Below are positions 23,701-37,459 of a stretch of DNA of 64,000 bases, in pieces. The translations under genes were made by a program, and so were the position numbers. The stretch's first letter is position 1; every line of letters starts with the position of its first letter. The notes beneath the pieces were generated by a model. It worked only from the letters and a program-made list of their open reading frames with translations, was not told where the DNA came from and ran no database searches. Origin of the DNA: Bugula neritina (taxonomy: Eukaryota; Animalia; Bryozoa); contig OZ037770.1 of the NCBI GenBank assembly GCA_964035545.1, forward strand, positions 5,054,662 to 5,118,661. The letters run 5' to 3'.

Positions 23701-26309
23701 AATTAGGTTACTGTTATAGTAATATAGGTGAAAACCAAAATATATAAAAAGAACTACAGCCTTAAAAATGAATCAAAACCTAAATTATAGCGCAAGTCCT
23801 AACAGACTAAAAGAAATATCAGATGTTATACCAGGGTTGTGGGTGCGCATGTACTCAGCTGAACTATAAATAACTTTCTCTCTCACTTCATCAGACAGTA
23901 GGGACAGGGACTTCTGTTCAAATACAATAATAATATATCTCATAAGTATATCAAGCCATTTCTTTGAACAGATGTCTTAAATTATAATTAGACAATTGAA
24001 ATTTTTACTGCTTTCATAAACATAACATACATATATTTTCACAGGATAAATCTAATTCCGTTGAACTAAATGCCAAGTTTTACCAATTAAAATACCAAAA
24101 CCATAACTCGTAGCTGAAACAACAAAGCAAGCAGTGAACTCACCAACAGGTGTGAAGTGAACATAGCAGAAAAACGAATTTGCATGTAGGAGCCATACGG
24201 AGTTATCTTTACAGTAATACCTTCCATCATTTTGATAATGTTTTTAGCATTGCCATTAGCTTCCTCCACCCTTTAAAGCAATATATTTCAATTACAAAAA
24301 TTGAGTGGAGCCAACAATCAAAAACTGAAAATGAAGTCATTTTCATTTTTAGTTTGCAGTCACAGTTGTCGTTTTGATAAAGATACAAAATATTGTTAAT
24401 AAAAAAACGTTTTTAATAAAAAGATGCTGATGTATCACTAATGATAAAGTACATTATATGACGTGTGTGGATCCCAAAAGTAACAGTTATAAGATAAAAG
24501 TTAAATATACTATATGAAATTGTATATGTTATATAACATTTGCTGATACCTTATGACACATTGTCAAGCATACGGTATTGGGCTGCATGCACTGCAAAAA
24601 ACTTTGATGTGAAACTTGCTATGTTAATTATAATCAGCAAAGTACTGAATCAGATCACCTCTCAGATCAAGTCACAGTTCAAGTCAATTATAGCAATGCA
24701 TGACTTTATAGCATTTAATGAATTGAAAATACAATATAACCAATGAATTGCTCTAACAGCATTTATCACAGTTTCTAAAATACATTTTTCTAATCGCAGT
24801 ACCGAAAACTCAAGCAACAGATAGTTTAAGTCCTTGCTATAAAGTTATTGAATACAATTTTACTGATTCCATATTCTATAAAACTATTGTCACCACTAGG
24901 ATCCGATCTCGACACCCGCCAGTTGCAAGTGCAGACGCAATAACCACTATACCATATTACACCATATTACACCAAAAGGTCTATTGGAAAATCGCAATAT
25001 ACCTAATGCGCACTTGCTCAAAACTTAACTCACTCCAGAACATTTTTGGAGACAAGTTGCATATAGTCAACACTCTAACTAAGTCCACAGGTGAGTTGAA
25101 AAAAATTAGCTTGAATAAACTCTGAGAATTAATAAGTCATTTAGCTGTCTCATGCATAAAGAAGGTAGACAACTTAAAAATAGTTCTTAGGTATTTCATG
25201 AACTACACATTGCTACGCTTCGGGCCGTCATATACCATCCCTCTAATCTACTTGAAAGAGAAGGGAAACTTACTTGTCTATGGCCTCCATTACCATCAGA
25301 ACAAATGTGCCACTGTTGGCTTTAGCCAGTTTATCAATATTATATCTAACATCGGCTATCATAGTCACACCCCCAACAAATTGGTCATAGAACAAAGGCT
25401 TTACAATGGCAGAAGACAGTCTTTTACCCAGAATTATCTGTGTCCTTTCAAATATCTGTAACAAAACATATGCTGCTCAATACTCTACAAACATTTTCCA
25501 ACTGAGACATAATATATGTACAGAACTATCAATTTATTCTATAACATTGTTCCACCTTCATATTATGTCTGTTTAAATTACTGAGTGAAGCACATCACCA
25601 ATTGATGTGATGGTATAGGTCACTGATATATTATTGACTTCCATAATATTGCTAAAGAATATTTTATTCACTTTTTCATTTACTCTGTTTTCTATAAAAA
25701 TGCATAATTATTGGCTAATTTCCCAGTCCTACTGGTTAAGAGTTGTATGCTCCTGCCACTTATCACAATATTATTATATTAAGTTATAAAAAGCACACTA
25801 AGATGTAAGTTATAATAAACTGTCATATCACATTGTGCAATTTTACAACTTCACTATAATAAGATAATGATGTGCAATATTATATAAAGTTGTAGTGTTT
25901 TGTAATACAATACCCTATATAATTTACATAATAAGTTTCAAAAGTAACGTAAAGCGAGACTTAGTATGTAACACATAACCTCTGCTGATCTGCTCACAAA
26001 CGTCCTGTTGGAACAGACTCTGAAGACTGTTAGAGCTCTCACAATCTCCCACAATGACTTCTCTTTGAAAGCTTGCTTGTGATCAGTGAAATCCAAATCT
26101 ACAACTGGAGATGTCGCTGTATCTTCTGCAACTGTTTCTTGGTTTATTAAAACTGAGTTTTGCTGACGGGGCAATTAGGCAGTTGAGAGATATTTCTCCT
26201 GCCGAAAATGTCGGGCAAAGAGCTTGAGAAAAGACATTACTGAATGTTGTATTTACATCGAGGTTATATTATAATTTAAAGATTGTATATATATATATAT
26301 GTTTCCGGT

Positions 26310-26820
26310 CTCTGAGCTCAAGGGGTTCTTAGGTCTAGTGCAGTTAGTTGGTAGGTACGTCAAAAGGTTAGCTACAGTAGCAGCTCCTTGGTGGGACCTC
26401 ACCAAGCATAAAGCTGCTTTTGAGTGGACAGATGTGCATCAGAAGTCTGTTTAGCAGGTCAACGCTTTGATGGGGTCGACTCAGACTTTAGCTTACTATG
26501 ATAAAGATTCACCCACTACTGTGATTGCAGATGCTAGCCCTGTAGGTCTAGGCTGTGTTCTTTGTCAGATTCAAGAGGGTGTGACAAGAGTAGTTGCTTA
26601 TCGACATAGGCGACTATCTGATGTAGAGTCCAGATATTCACAAATAGAGCGTGAGGCACTAGGTCTCATGTGGGCCTGCGAACACTTCAAGATGTACTTG
26701 CTGGGTACAAAGTTTCGGTTAGTTACAGACCACAAGCCTCTAGTGAGTATATTTGGTAAGCCTACATCTAAACCGACACCTAGGTTAGAGAGATGGAGTC
26801 TGAGACTCCAAGTCTATGAT
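26310..26820 (+). mobile_element. Gypsy RT-connection/RNase H fragment
   Basis: IADASPVGLGCVL, YSQIEREAL, TDHKPL. Confidence 0.8.
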
Positions 26821-27847
26821 TTATTTTGTTTGCTATCAGACAATGACTCTAAATAGTTTATAGCATTAATTATTTCTGCAGTAAGAATATTCTAGAAAGG
26901 TTCTAGAAGTCATACAAGCACAAGTGCAGCAAATTATGCTGAACCACATGCAAGCACAATTTGACCCGAGTAATAAAAAATATCAATTTCTACTAGTATT
27001 TGGTAGGCAGAATTTAAGGCTGGACACATACAGAGCAGTGAAAGCATGTAGATATATTGTAGATAGAAAGCAAGAACATAGGATCCTGTATTTATAGAAT
27101 TATAGCTATTTTATAATCACTTCACATACTTGTACTCTGTAAGTTGAAGTTTGGAACTTTTGAACAACAATTTACAAAGGCTTCAAATAAACAATTTACA
27201 TGAAGGGATGAGGTGTATTTTGCAGCTGAATTTGCACACTATGACTGCATGGTTCATGGTGGAATTGGTACACATTTCTAATTGGCCCATATTTGTATAA
27301 CAGCAATCACTTGGCATTGCCATTAACTGAGAGGAAGAAGCAGTGGTTTAATTTGGAAAACAATTCCAATTGAAGTCTCAACACTGCATTATAACCATGA
27401 AATTAAATAGGCTTACACTACTGAGCAAATTTGCAAAATTTTCTCGAGATTATTATACTTGTACATATATTTCATTAACTTTGTTGTATTTTTGACAATT
27501 AAGTTTTAATGATCATAATATAATTTGCATGACGTGAAGGATGGTAGTGGTAATTAAATGTGGGTGATAGTAACTCGGCCTAATTATTTGAAAACACGCT
27601 TCATTCCACGAGTAAAATTTTAAGAATTTATCAGTCATGATTCCTTTTCTTATCATGTCATCAGCAAAGAATTAAGCCAATTATATCTAACAGCTGACTA
27701 TTAGCAATACGCTTACAATATTTATCCAATCAGTTAGGTTCATATAATTATATAATAAATGGTTCCAGTCTGTTAGCAATTATTTCTAATTTGTGTCCCA
27801 CTGCTATAGTCTCAAGATGCTATAAGTTAATAGGCAACATCTCATAA

Positions 27848-28189
27848 GCCTAGGTCCACACTGTGGTGCAAAAATTAAAACCACGAGTATAGCAAAGGTG
27901 TCCACTGTTATATGCGTTGAAAAAACATTCGCACTTGTCGCTCAGCATTCTGAACGCAAGTGCGAATCGTCTCTGCCGTTGTCACCTAATTGGCTGGTAG
28001 TTATATAGCAGCCCGATTATTTTATTTTAGTACTATATTCCAGTAAATTGCGTTTTGGTGAAGGCGGGTGCAATTTAAAAATGACAGCTTGATTTGATTT
28101 ATTTCGCATCACTGACGCTAAAGTGGACACCTTTGCTACCTGTGGTTTCAATTTTCGCATGCGAAAATATGCACAGTGTGATCCTAGGC
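27848..28189. mobile_element. PIF/Harbinger-like MITE
   Basis: GCCTAGGTCCACACT...AGTGTGATCCTAGGC termini, TAA TSD. Confidence 0.7.
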
Positions 28190-30129
28190 TAAGCGTAGTT
28201 AAACAAAAATCGAGACATCCTTTTTTTATAATTAAGTTGTTAGATTTCAGGCTAAATACAAGTGCAAAGTCTATAGTCATCTTAAGTGTTTAAAATATTC
28301 TCACTGCTCTCGTATAAAGGCAAAGGTCGCATATCAGTTCATCTTTGGTAACTTGTTGAATGTCAGTTTGAACTTATAATAAGTTAATAAAAGACTTCAT
28401 AAAAACTATTACTAACTAGTTTACTAATTAATAATATGAGCGATCATTGATAACACTCAAACATTACCTTTCAATAACAGATACAAGTGCCAATAAGTTA
28501 TGGGCAAACACTGCACCACCAGTTTCTCACAGTGATAGAGCCTTTAAACAAACAAGAGGTTTATTGACATATTCACTAGCAGAGATAAGAATCACCAGGG
28601 TAAAGCATGTCTCTATGACCAGTTGGTCTCAGCAACCAATCATTATCCTCGTCACTCAGCAGCTGGTCATATACCAATCACACCTCTCTGGGACGTTGAC
28701 AAGCAACCATTTTTGAATTCCAGTTTCAGTCAAACTCAACAATATGGACAAAGACTAAAAAAGCTGGTAAGACTTTTGCTTCAATTTGTAACATACATGT
28801 AATGTATTTTACTCAAAAATCAGAAAACAACATTCATAATGCATACTTCTGTATATGACAACACGTCTCATAAGTGTATATATGTCAATATGTTATTTAT
28901 AAGCTAAAAGCCTATTTTAGTAAGAAATATTCTTAAAGCTATCAGAGAATACTTGTCAAATTTAACTAATCAAAACTAACTTTTGTAGAACTCAATTGGT
29001 TGTTTTAAATTTTAACCTTAACTTATAGAAAATTGGTTTCAGTTTTAAAAAAGTTCCTTGACCATTGATTTTTTTAAATACAAAAGAGCATTATTCTGAA
29101 CTTTTACTCATACATAATATAACTTATAACTTATAGACTATATGTTGTTGTTTATATGTTTATGTAACCAGTATAATTAGTGCGATATTCCAGTAAATTG
29201 CGTTTTGTTAAAAGCGGGTGCGATTTAAAAATGACAGCTTGATTTGATTTATCTCGCATCACTGACGCTAAAGTGGACACCTTTGCCACCTGTGGTTTCA
29301 ATTTTCGAATGCGAAAATAAGCACCGCGTGACCCTAGGCTTAGTGTAGTTAAACAACAATCCAGAGGTCCTATTTTTTTATAATTAAGTTGTTAGATTTT
29401 AGGCTAAATACAAGTGCAAAGTCTATAGTCATCTTAAGTGTTTGTAAATATTCTCACTGCTCTCGTAAAGATCGCATATCAGCTCATGTTTGGTAACTTG
29501 TTGAATGCCAGTTTGAACTTATAATAGATTAATAAAAGACTTCATAGCAACTATTACTAACTAGTTTATTAGTTATTTTTATTGATAACACTCAAATATA
29601 ACCTTTCAATAACAGATATATAAGTGCCAATAAGTTATGGGCAAACACTGCACCACCAGTTTCTCACAGTGATAGAGCCTCTAAACAAACAAGAGGTTTA
29701 TTGACATATCCACTAGCAGAGATAAGAATCATGAGGGTAAAGCATGTCTCTATGACCAGTTGGTCTCAACAACCAATCATTATCCTCACCACTCAGCAGC
29801 TGGTCATATACCAATCACACCTCTCTGGGACGTTGACAAGCAACCATTTCTAAATTCCAGTTTCAGCCAAACTCAACAATATGGACAAAGACTAAAAAGG
29901 CTGGTAAGACTTTTGCTTCAATTTGTAACATACATGTAATGTATTTTACTCAAAAATCAGAAAACAACATTTATAAAGCATACTTCTGATAATGACAACA
30001 CGTCTCATAAGTATTGATTTTTTTTAAATACAAAAGACCATAATTCTCAACTTTTATTCATGCATAATATAACTTATAACTTATAGACTATATATTGTTG
30101 TTTATATGTTTATGTAACCAGTATAATTA
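28035..30129 (+). repeat. Local tandem duplication (about 28035-29179 and 29185-30129; second copy has an internal deletion)
   Basis: Near-identical sequence from tattccagtaaattgcg to gtaaccagtataatta. Confidence 0.85.
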
Positions 30130-33100
30130 TTGTCTCAACTTAACAATTTAATTTTTTGAGAGGATATCTTTGCCATTACCGTAAGTTTTATTTGTAAATT
30201 ATTGTCAGTGCGCTCCAATACGTCCATCTTACAAACATAAATACAATAGTGATGGCTAGTAGCAATCTGTTTTGCTACTGCCTATTATAGCAGGTACAGT
30301 TTTCTATTGAATAGACCGCCTTATTTGCAAACTCCCTGTCTCTTTGCTTAATTCACCATTGTTTTTGAGTTGCAATACTGGCAATTATACTTTGTTTTTG
30401 TGCTGAACAATTCAAGTGACTCTGAGAATAAATTCAACAAAGCTGGACGTTTATTTCAACAAGCATTATTTACTTCACTATATTTAGATGTTTAAACACT
30501 GAAATAAGATTGAACTTTATTATTATTTGCTTTGAGAAAGAATGGAGACAAAGTTCTAAAGTTATTGTTATTAAGCAGCCTTTGCTTATCTATTTGCTGT
30601 AATTCATGTTTCGAGGTGCTTTGTATTTATAGTTGGGTTTTTCATATCAGTTAATAAGATAATATTATAATACATTAATCATTGAAAACATACAATTGCC
30701 CTAATAAATTACTTAGATTACATAGCTTATATAGAAGACTAGGCCTGAAATCACTTCATGGCTTCAAAACTTAGAGTGTATGTCATATTTCTTCCTATAA
30801 TATAAAAACCTTCTCATATCACGTAATTATTAGCACAGAAATAACTAATAAAGTGTAACAGCAAGTTATTAGTGCATGTATGCTTATTTACTCAGTAAAC
30901 TATTATATGTTTGTATGATTGACATACTATAGCGTTTATAGAGTGAATAGTTCTATAGCCTGCCAGCAATTATTATCGATATGTGTCCCACTGCTAGTCT
31001 CAAGATGGTGTTATATAGTTGACAGGCAAAATTTTACATTATATTGAGAAACTATTTGACAAACTTGCTCTAACATTTTAAATTATATTTTACATTCTAG
31101 TCTAAAAACTCTAATCTTTATTACATGCTTACATTATATTTACTGTGCTCATAAAAGCAGCATATCTGTATGTGATGGCATGTAAAATTTTAAGTGCTGT
31201 TTTGACATATTATGATCAGGGTAATAAACAATTCCATAGCAGCTATATAACCAACTAGTTTATTACTTACTGAGATAGGCAAAAATTTATATTACCCTGT
31301 AATAAAACCTTTAAATAATTGAAGGGAAGGTTTTTCTAGGATAAAAATTTAAAACAGTTTCTGAAGACATTCCATATTGCAACTTTGCTGCTCAAGACAA
31401 TACTTGTATTATTGATGTTATAATAATTTAAACAACACGTTTTTTGTAAACTGTTGGCTGAGAATATTGTACTTTTTTAGGGCAAAATTTTGGTGCAGAT
31501 GAGCGGAAAACAAAGCGGGAGTTACAATTTATTTTGTCAAACAAATTTAGATGAATTTACAACAACGTTTCAGAAGTTAATACACTTCATAGCAACTATA
31601 ATTACTAACTAGCATATTACCTATTGATTTTAACAAAATAAGTAGAGCTTACATCTAGACTTTCAAACTTTCAAGGTTATGCTTCATTAGGTTAAAGTGG
31701 TGAGTTTAAAATAACATTTCAAAAAAATACATTCACTTATTACATTTTAAGATTTAAATGAATTGTTCACTATGACATTTGGGTGCAGTGGTGGAGAAAA
31801 TTACATAGCCTAAGTTCTTAAAGTTTCTTTAAAAATTTTGTTTTAGGGCGAAAATTAAAATTTTTGCAAAAACATAACTTTTATTGTTACATTTTCAATT
31901 TAGAGTACACCAGCTTTTCTCTAGTTATCCAGTATACTGTACCTACCTCCACTATAATCTATGATTTATTTTTGCAACCTGAAAATTCTAACAAAGCTTA
32001 ATTCATCATTTAAAGCACAAATATGAATCAATAGTCAGAGGTGAAGACATGATGAATAAAAACATACAATCCTGCACTAGACCAGTTAGTAATAGGTTGG
32101 GTGTTTTCTACAAACATAGAGGTGATGGTAAATAACATACAATGTCACAGTAGAGGTTTACTGTTATCAATTTAATTAAAAGCACGATTCCTAACTCAGC
32201 TATGAGCAAGTTTCTTAAACCACTATGCAGTGTTCAAGCCTTTAAACAAACAAGGGTTTTATTGACATATTGACTATTAGAGATAAAAATCACAAGGGTA
32301 AAGCATGCTTCAACAATCAGTTAGCTTCAGCAACAGTAATTATCTTCACCACTTAGCAGCTGGTCACATCTCAATCACACCTGTCTAGTGATGCTGAATA
32401 TTATAGTTTTGAACTGGAGGTAGATACAAGTAGCAATAGCTTAGATCATTACATGTGGGACACCAATTGGAGTTAGTAATACTAAACCTAATTATTATCT
32501 CATACAAATTTATTATAAATAATTGATAATATTATTTCTATCCTCATTATTTACATATATTATTAATCATAAATGTGTGAATATTGGTATCATTATGAAC
32601 TTGATTGTTTATGGTATTTTGATGTAATATACTTGTATAGGAGTATCAGTATGTAAATTTCAGAAACATAATTTACCATTAATAATGGTGATAATTACTG
32701 ATTATAATACTATACTTTGTTGTCTATGGTATTCGGTAAAATTGCACATGTAAAAACACAGATAGTAAAAATCAACATCGCTTAAGTAACAATTAAAGAA
32801 GTAGGTAAAAGTTTGAGATTGAGATGGGGGCATTTAGTTTTGAGATTTGACTTTGTAATTGGAGCTTCGAGTTTGGAAGTTGAGTTTGGGTAACTTAAAC
32901 ATAGGTGTGCCATGTCTTTGTATTTTTTCATTTCTGCTATCATTACGTCTGCCATTATTATCCGTGCTATGATTACGTTAGCCATTAGCGGTAGCTTTGC
33001 TACTGTACCATCTTATCTAAAATATTAGTTTATACTAGGCCTAATGCCTATGCAGATTATTATATGTATAATCTGTACCATTGCAGTGCCATGAGTCATT

Positions 33101-33539
33101 GGTATATGCCGAATTGTTATACCATGTCATCTGCTATATAGGAATATAGGTAACTGAACAAGTGTCATCCACTGCATTTCCATGACTGCCATTATGTGAA
33201 TGGATGCTGGTATAGAATGATTTGTGCTCGCAGTTAGCATTAACTTGTGGTGGTGGTCGTTTCTGTCAATATAACTATTTTCATTAGGTTGATGGAAAAT
33301 CTACTTGTATAATGCAATGAGTGAACTACAGCAATAGATAAAGTGGAACGTTTTCATTTTTAATTTTTAATTTGTTAGCATTTTGTTATTTGTTCTTATG
33401 ATAACTAAGACGGCAATTAATATTGTATAGCAATAACAAATGTTGTTATAAAATAATGAACATGCAGACAATGTTTCAAGGCAATAAAATACTGATATAA
33501 CAAATAATGAATAAACTATTTTAGTAAATTAACAAATTA

Positions 33540-33654
<115 letters not shown>

Positions 33655-34100
33655 ACTTATCACTTATCACTTTTGACATATGCAATTTCTACCCATCAAT
33701 AACCGAAGACCTCCTTTACAAAGCCCTTTCCTTTGCGTCACACTTTACCAGCATACCAACTGAACACCAGGAAATAATTTTACACTCTAAAAAGTCCATC
33801 CTCAACTCCAATGGTAAACAATGGACAAAAAAACACGACAGTAATTTTGATGTCACTATGGGAAGCTATAATGACGGCGCCGAAACCTGCCAACTAATTG
33901 AAATATACTTGCTTAATCTATTAACTACTGAAACAAATATAGAATGTAATTTAGGCCTGTATATAGAGATGATGGACTCATAGTTTGTGAAGGAACACCT
34001 AGACATATAGAACAGAACAAACAACAAATTTGCAACTTTTTTAGAAAATTTAATCTCTAAATCACAATAGAAGCCAATAAGAAAGTCGTAAACTTCCTAG

Positions 34101-34299
<199 letters not shown>

Positions 34300-35486
34300 A
34301 TTTTCATCATAACATAGTGTTTTACAACTAGGATAATTTACAAGAGCAGAACAAGCAATTAGAAAAGAAACATAGTAACAAATAACAGTATATCAAAATA
34401 AGCTGTCGGAAATGATGATGAGGCCCAGTGCGAAATAGCAATTAACATTCAATGTAACATTCAACTTGACTAACCAATCTTATAAACCCTATACAAAACC
34501 TGGAAACACTGTCCTCTATGTTTACAAACAAAACGACCACCCACCTGCAGTATTGAAAAACATACCAGAAAATATAAATAAAAGACTTAGCTCACTATCC
34601 TCCAATGAAAAAGAGTTTAACACCACCATACAACCGTACCAAGAAGCACTATCAAACAGTGGGAATGACTATAAATTAAAATATAACCCGACACCTAAAT
34701 CCAACAACAATAATAAAAATAGAAATAGAAACATATTGTGGTACAACCCACCTTTTAGTTCAACAGTAAAAACCAAAATAGGGAAGAAATTTCTTCAAAT
34801 CATCGACAAATGCTTTCCACCATCCAGCCAACTAAGTAAAATTTTCAATAGGAAAGCCATAAAAATTAGCTATTCATGCATGCCCAACATGAAAAATATT
34901 ATTGATGGCTCGAACCATCACAAACTTAAAACCGCACACACCCCTACTACCGCTACTAAACTAAATGACACACAATGTAACTGCAAACAACCTTCTCACT
35001 GTCCATTAAATGGTAAATGCTTATACAAAGACTTAATATACCAAGCAACTGTAACAAGACATGACAATAATTCCAGCCATTCATACATAGGACTCTGTTC
35101 GACTACCTTCAAAACCAGATTCAATAACCACAAAGCCTCTTTCCTACATGCAGATAAAGCCAACAGCACACAACTCAGCAGACACATCTAGAATTTAAAA
35201 GACAACAACACGAAATTCAGCTTAAAATGAAATATTTTAAAAATTTGCAAATCATACTCAATTCTAACAAACAGATGTAACCTATGCAACTATGAGAAGT
35301 ATGTTATTTTAAAACAACCGGAATTATCTTCCCTCAACAAACCAAAAAGAGCTTTCCACCACGTGTTGTAGGCATAAACGCAAATTTTTACTTGCGCACT
35401 TAACAGACGCTAGTTCAAACATTCCAGCGTAGTAATACACTAACAATACTATTTTCAAAACAAAATCATTCAAGCGTACACACAAC

Positions 35487-35531
35487 GACCTGATGATCGT
35501 AGCTCGCACTACGTGAAACAATATTGTAGTC
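35487..35531 (+). ncRNA. Type I minimal hammerhead ribozyme at the Penelope 3' end
   Basis: GAC-CTGATGA-tCGTAG(ctcgca)CTACGt-GAAA-CAATATTG-TA-GTC: complete core, stem II, palindromic stem III, stem I. Confidence 0.8.
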
Positions 35532-35581
35532 AATAAAATGAAGATCTAAGTTTATTTTTATATCCAAAATTGTATTAGTAC

Positions 35582-35584
<3 letters not shown>

Positions 35585-35643
<59 letters not shown>
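35585..35643. repeat. (TA)n microsatellite
   Basis: Directly visible. Confidence 0.95.
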
Positions 35644-35652
<9 letters not shown>

Positions 35653-37459
35653 TACATAGGTCGATAATATATAGGTAGATAAATATAAAAAGTTTTCAAA
35701 AGCAAAAAAGTAAACATATTTCAGTGACTCTTTCAAAATATTACACATTTCTTACTATGTTACTCTAATTTTTTATCAACTTAGTAACTGAATCTATCAC
35801 TGGTCAGCTCAACTGTTGGACATGGACTGCTTATTTAAGAAAGGGTAGTTAGAGTACCTTGTAGCCATTTGAACAAGACCTTCACAGGATAGTTAAGGGC
35901 ATCCTCACTAACAATATCATAAATTTCTCTCAAAATGTAGTTTAGGTTCTTGAATAATATTGCTCTGCGGGTGGCATGCGTGTTGCCTACTTGCAATTGT
36001 TTAGTCTAAGATCAAACTGCAACCAATAAGCAGCAACCTTCATTAGGGCTGCGCTATCTATAAACATTCCATTATAGGCGCTACATAAACAAAGTACAAA
36101 GCAAGCTATTCATTATAGCCTGCCAACTAGCAAGCCTGTAATTAGCATGTACGCGCCAATATCTTCTCATCCCTATGTGCTCATTGAAGCGTGAAGTGCT
36201 GCGCACTGCAAATTATCTGTGAAAAAATATAGCATTTTCAGTGTATAAATTACCAATTTATGAGCAATCTAGAAGAGTTATTGGAAAAAAAAAAAACTTA
36301 CACTGGAGAAATATCTCAGGATTCCAGCAGTGCAATTTTTATTCAGATATCATGCTTTGCTGCTGAGATATTTTACTGGTACTGAAAAGTCAGCTTTTCT
36401 GGCAAAATTGGCCAAAATTGGGCAGTTTTTTGCCTATAACTTTGCAAAAAAATGAAAATTGAACTTTCCAAAAAAGTTACACTGGGGAAAAACAAGATCT
36501 ACAACATAGTTTTTAAATTTTGACTCTAGTACAATTAGGTGAGATTTTATTTTACTGGTACTGAATTCTTATATGATTACAATGCAAACCTCAGCAAGGC
36601 AGTTGCAGCTAAAAGGTTGCCCTTAACTATCCTGTGTTTCACTATTCTTCAAGGCAGTGGTAGCCCAGGCCTGTTCAATCCTATTCATGGTACCTGCAGT
36701 GATATAAGCTCTGGGTGCCATTGGAATAAAATTTAATTACAGATCTATAATAGCGATGTTGCATTTTTTGTAATTTATTATTTTACATGAATTTGATGTT
36801 AATTGTAATTTTGGCAACAACTAAACTCATAAACAAGGCCACATGTTGTTCATGTGATTGCTGGTTGTTTGTTGAACTTTTACTGGGTGTTATTGCAATC
36901 TAGTAACCTCAACACGCAACTTTTTACAGTTTTTCTTCACAATATTTAGCCCAATATGCAGCAGAATGTAAGCAAATTTCTTATGCACCTCAAATTACAT
37001 GGTGTGGCTAAATTGTGTAAATATTCCGTTTAAGATTATTGTGTGAACTTTTTCTGTAACCAAATTGTACTCATACAATTATTTTCACGGTATTAATAGC
37101 TTCATGTATCTTTTGCATGTTGTTTCGATGCACTTGCATGATATTTTGTTTTGCTTATTTCATTCATTGTGCTGTCCGATTCCGGACTGAAAATTCGAGA
37201 TTCGAGTGCTGAGCTGGCTGACTCGGAACCGAGACTCTGAGACATGCGATTGTAATGAACCCATTTTGGGCAGCCTCATATCTAAGTGAATTAAAAGTCC
37301 AATAAAGTCAGTGAACACACTTTTACCAACTACCAAGAGATATTTGCAACTGCTTCATATTTAGTATTGAGTACCATAGCATATTGTAAAGGGTTTTGTG
37401 TACAGAGTTATCTTATTAGGTGCATCAAAAGGACAACTCTCCTGCTCCTTCTGTGTTAT

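Larger units (their letters stand above)
12581..26237 (-). pseudogene. PRODH2: PRODH2-like (hydroxyproline/proline dehydrogenase), probably a pseudogene. Exons 26237-25980, 25455-25274, 24270-24144, 23913-23832, 22402-22164, 21919-21857, 13744-13522, 13337-13249, 12744-12581
   Basis: Motifs FYDQFVGG, LMVDAEYTNTNPAL, WNTTQCYLK, AKLVRGAYM, ASHNQDS, AQVYGMCDHIT, GYPVYKS, LPYLSRRSHEN. In-frame TAA at codon 21 (26177-26175); 1-nt phase mismatch at the 21857/13744 junction. Confidence 0.8.

Noticed and set aside
24893-24958. tRNA-like sequence on the minus strand (A-box TGGTATAGTGG); similar relics near 22640-22700, 13140-13230 and 63420-63510
   Set aside because: Degenerate B box and stems; more likely tRNA-derived SINE heads than tRNA genes.
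12581-26237. Functional link between PRODH (ROS, apoptosis) and the caspase gene
   Set aside because: Only adjacency supports it, and this copy appears pseudogenised, so passive co-duplication is simpler.
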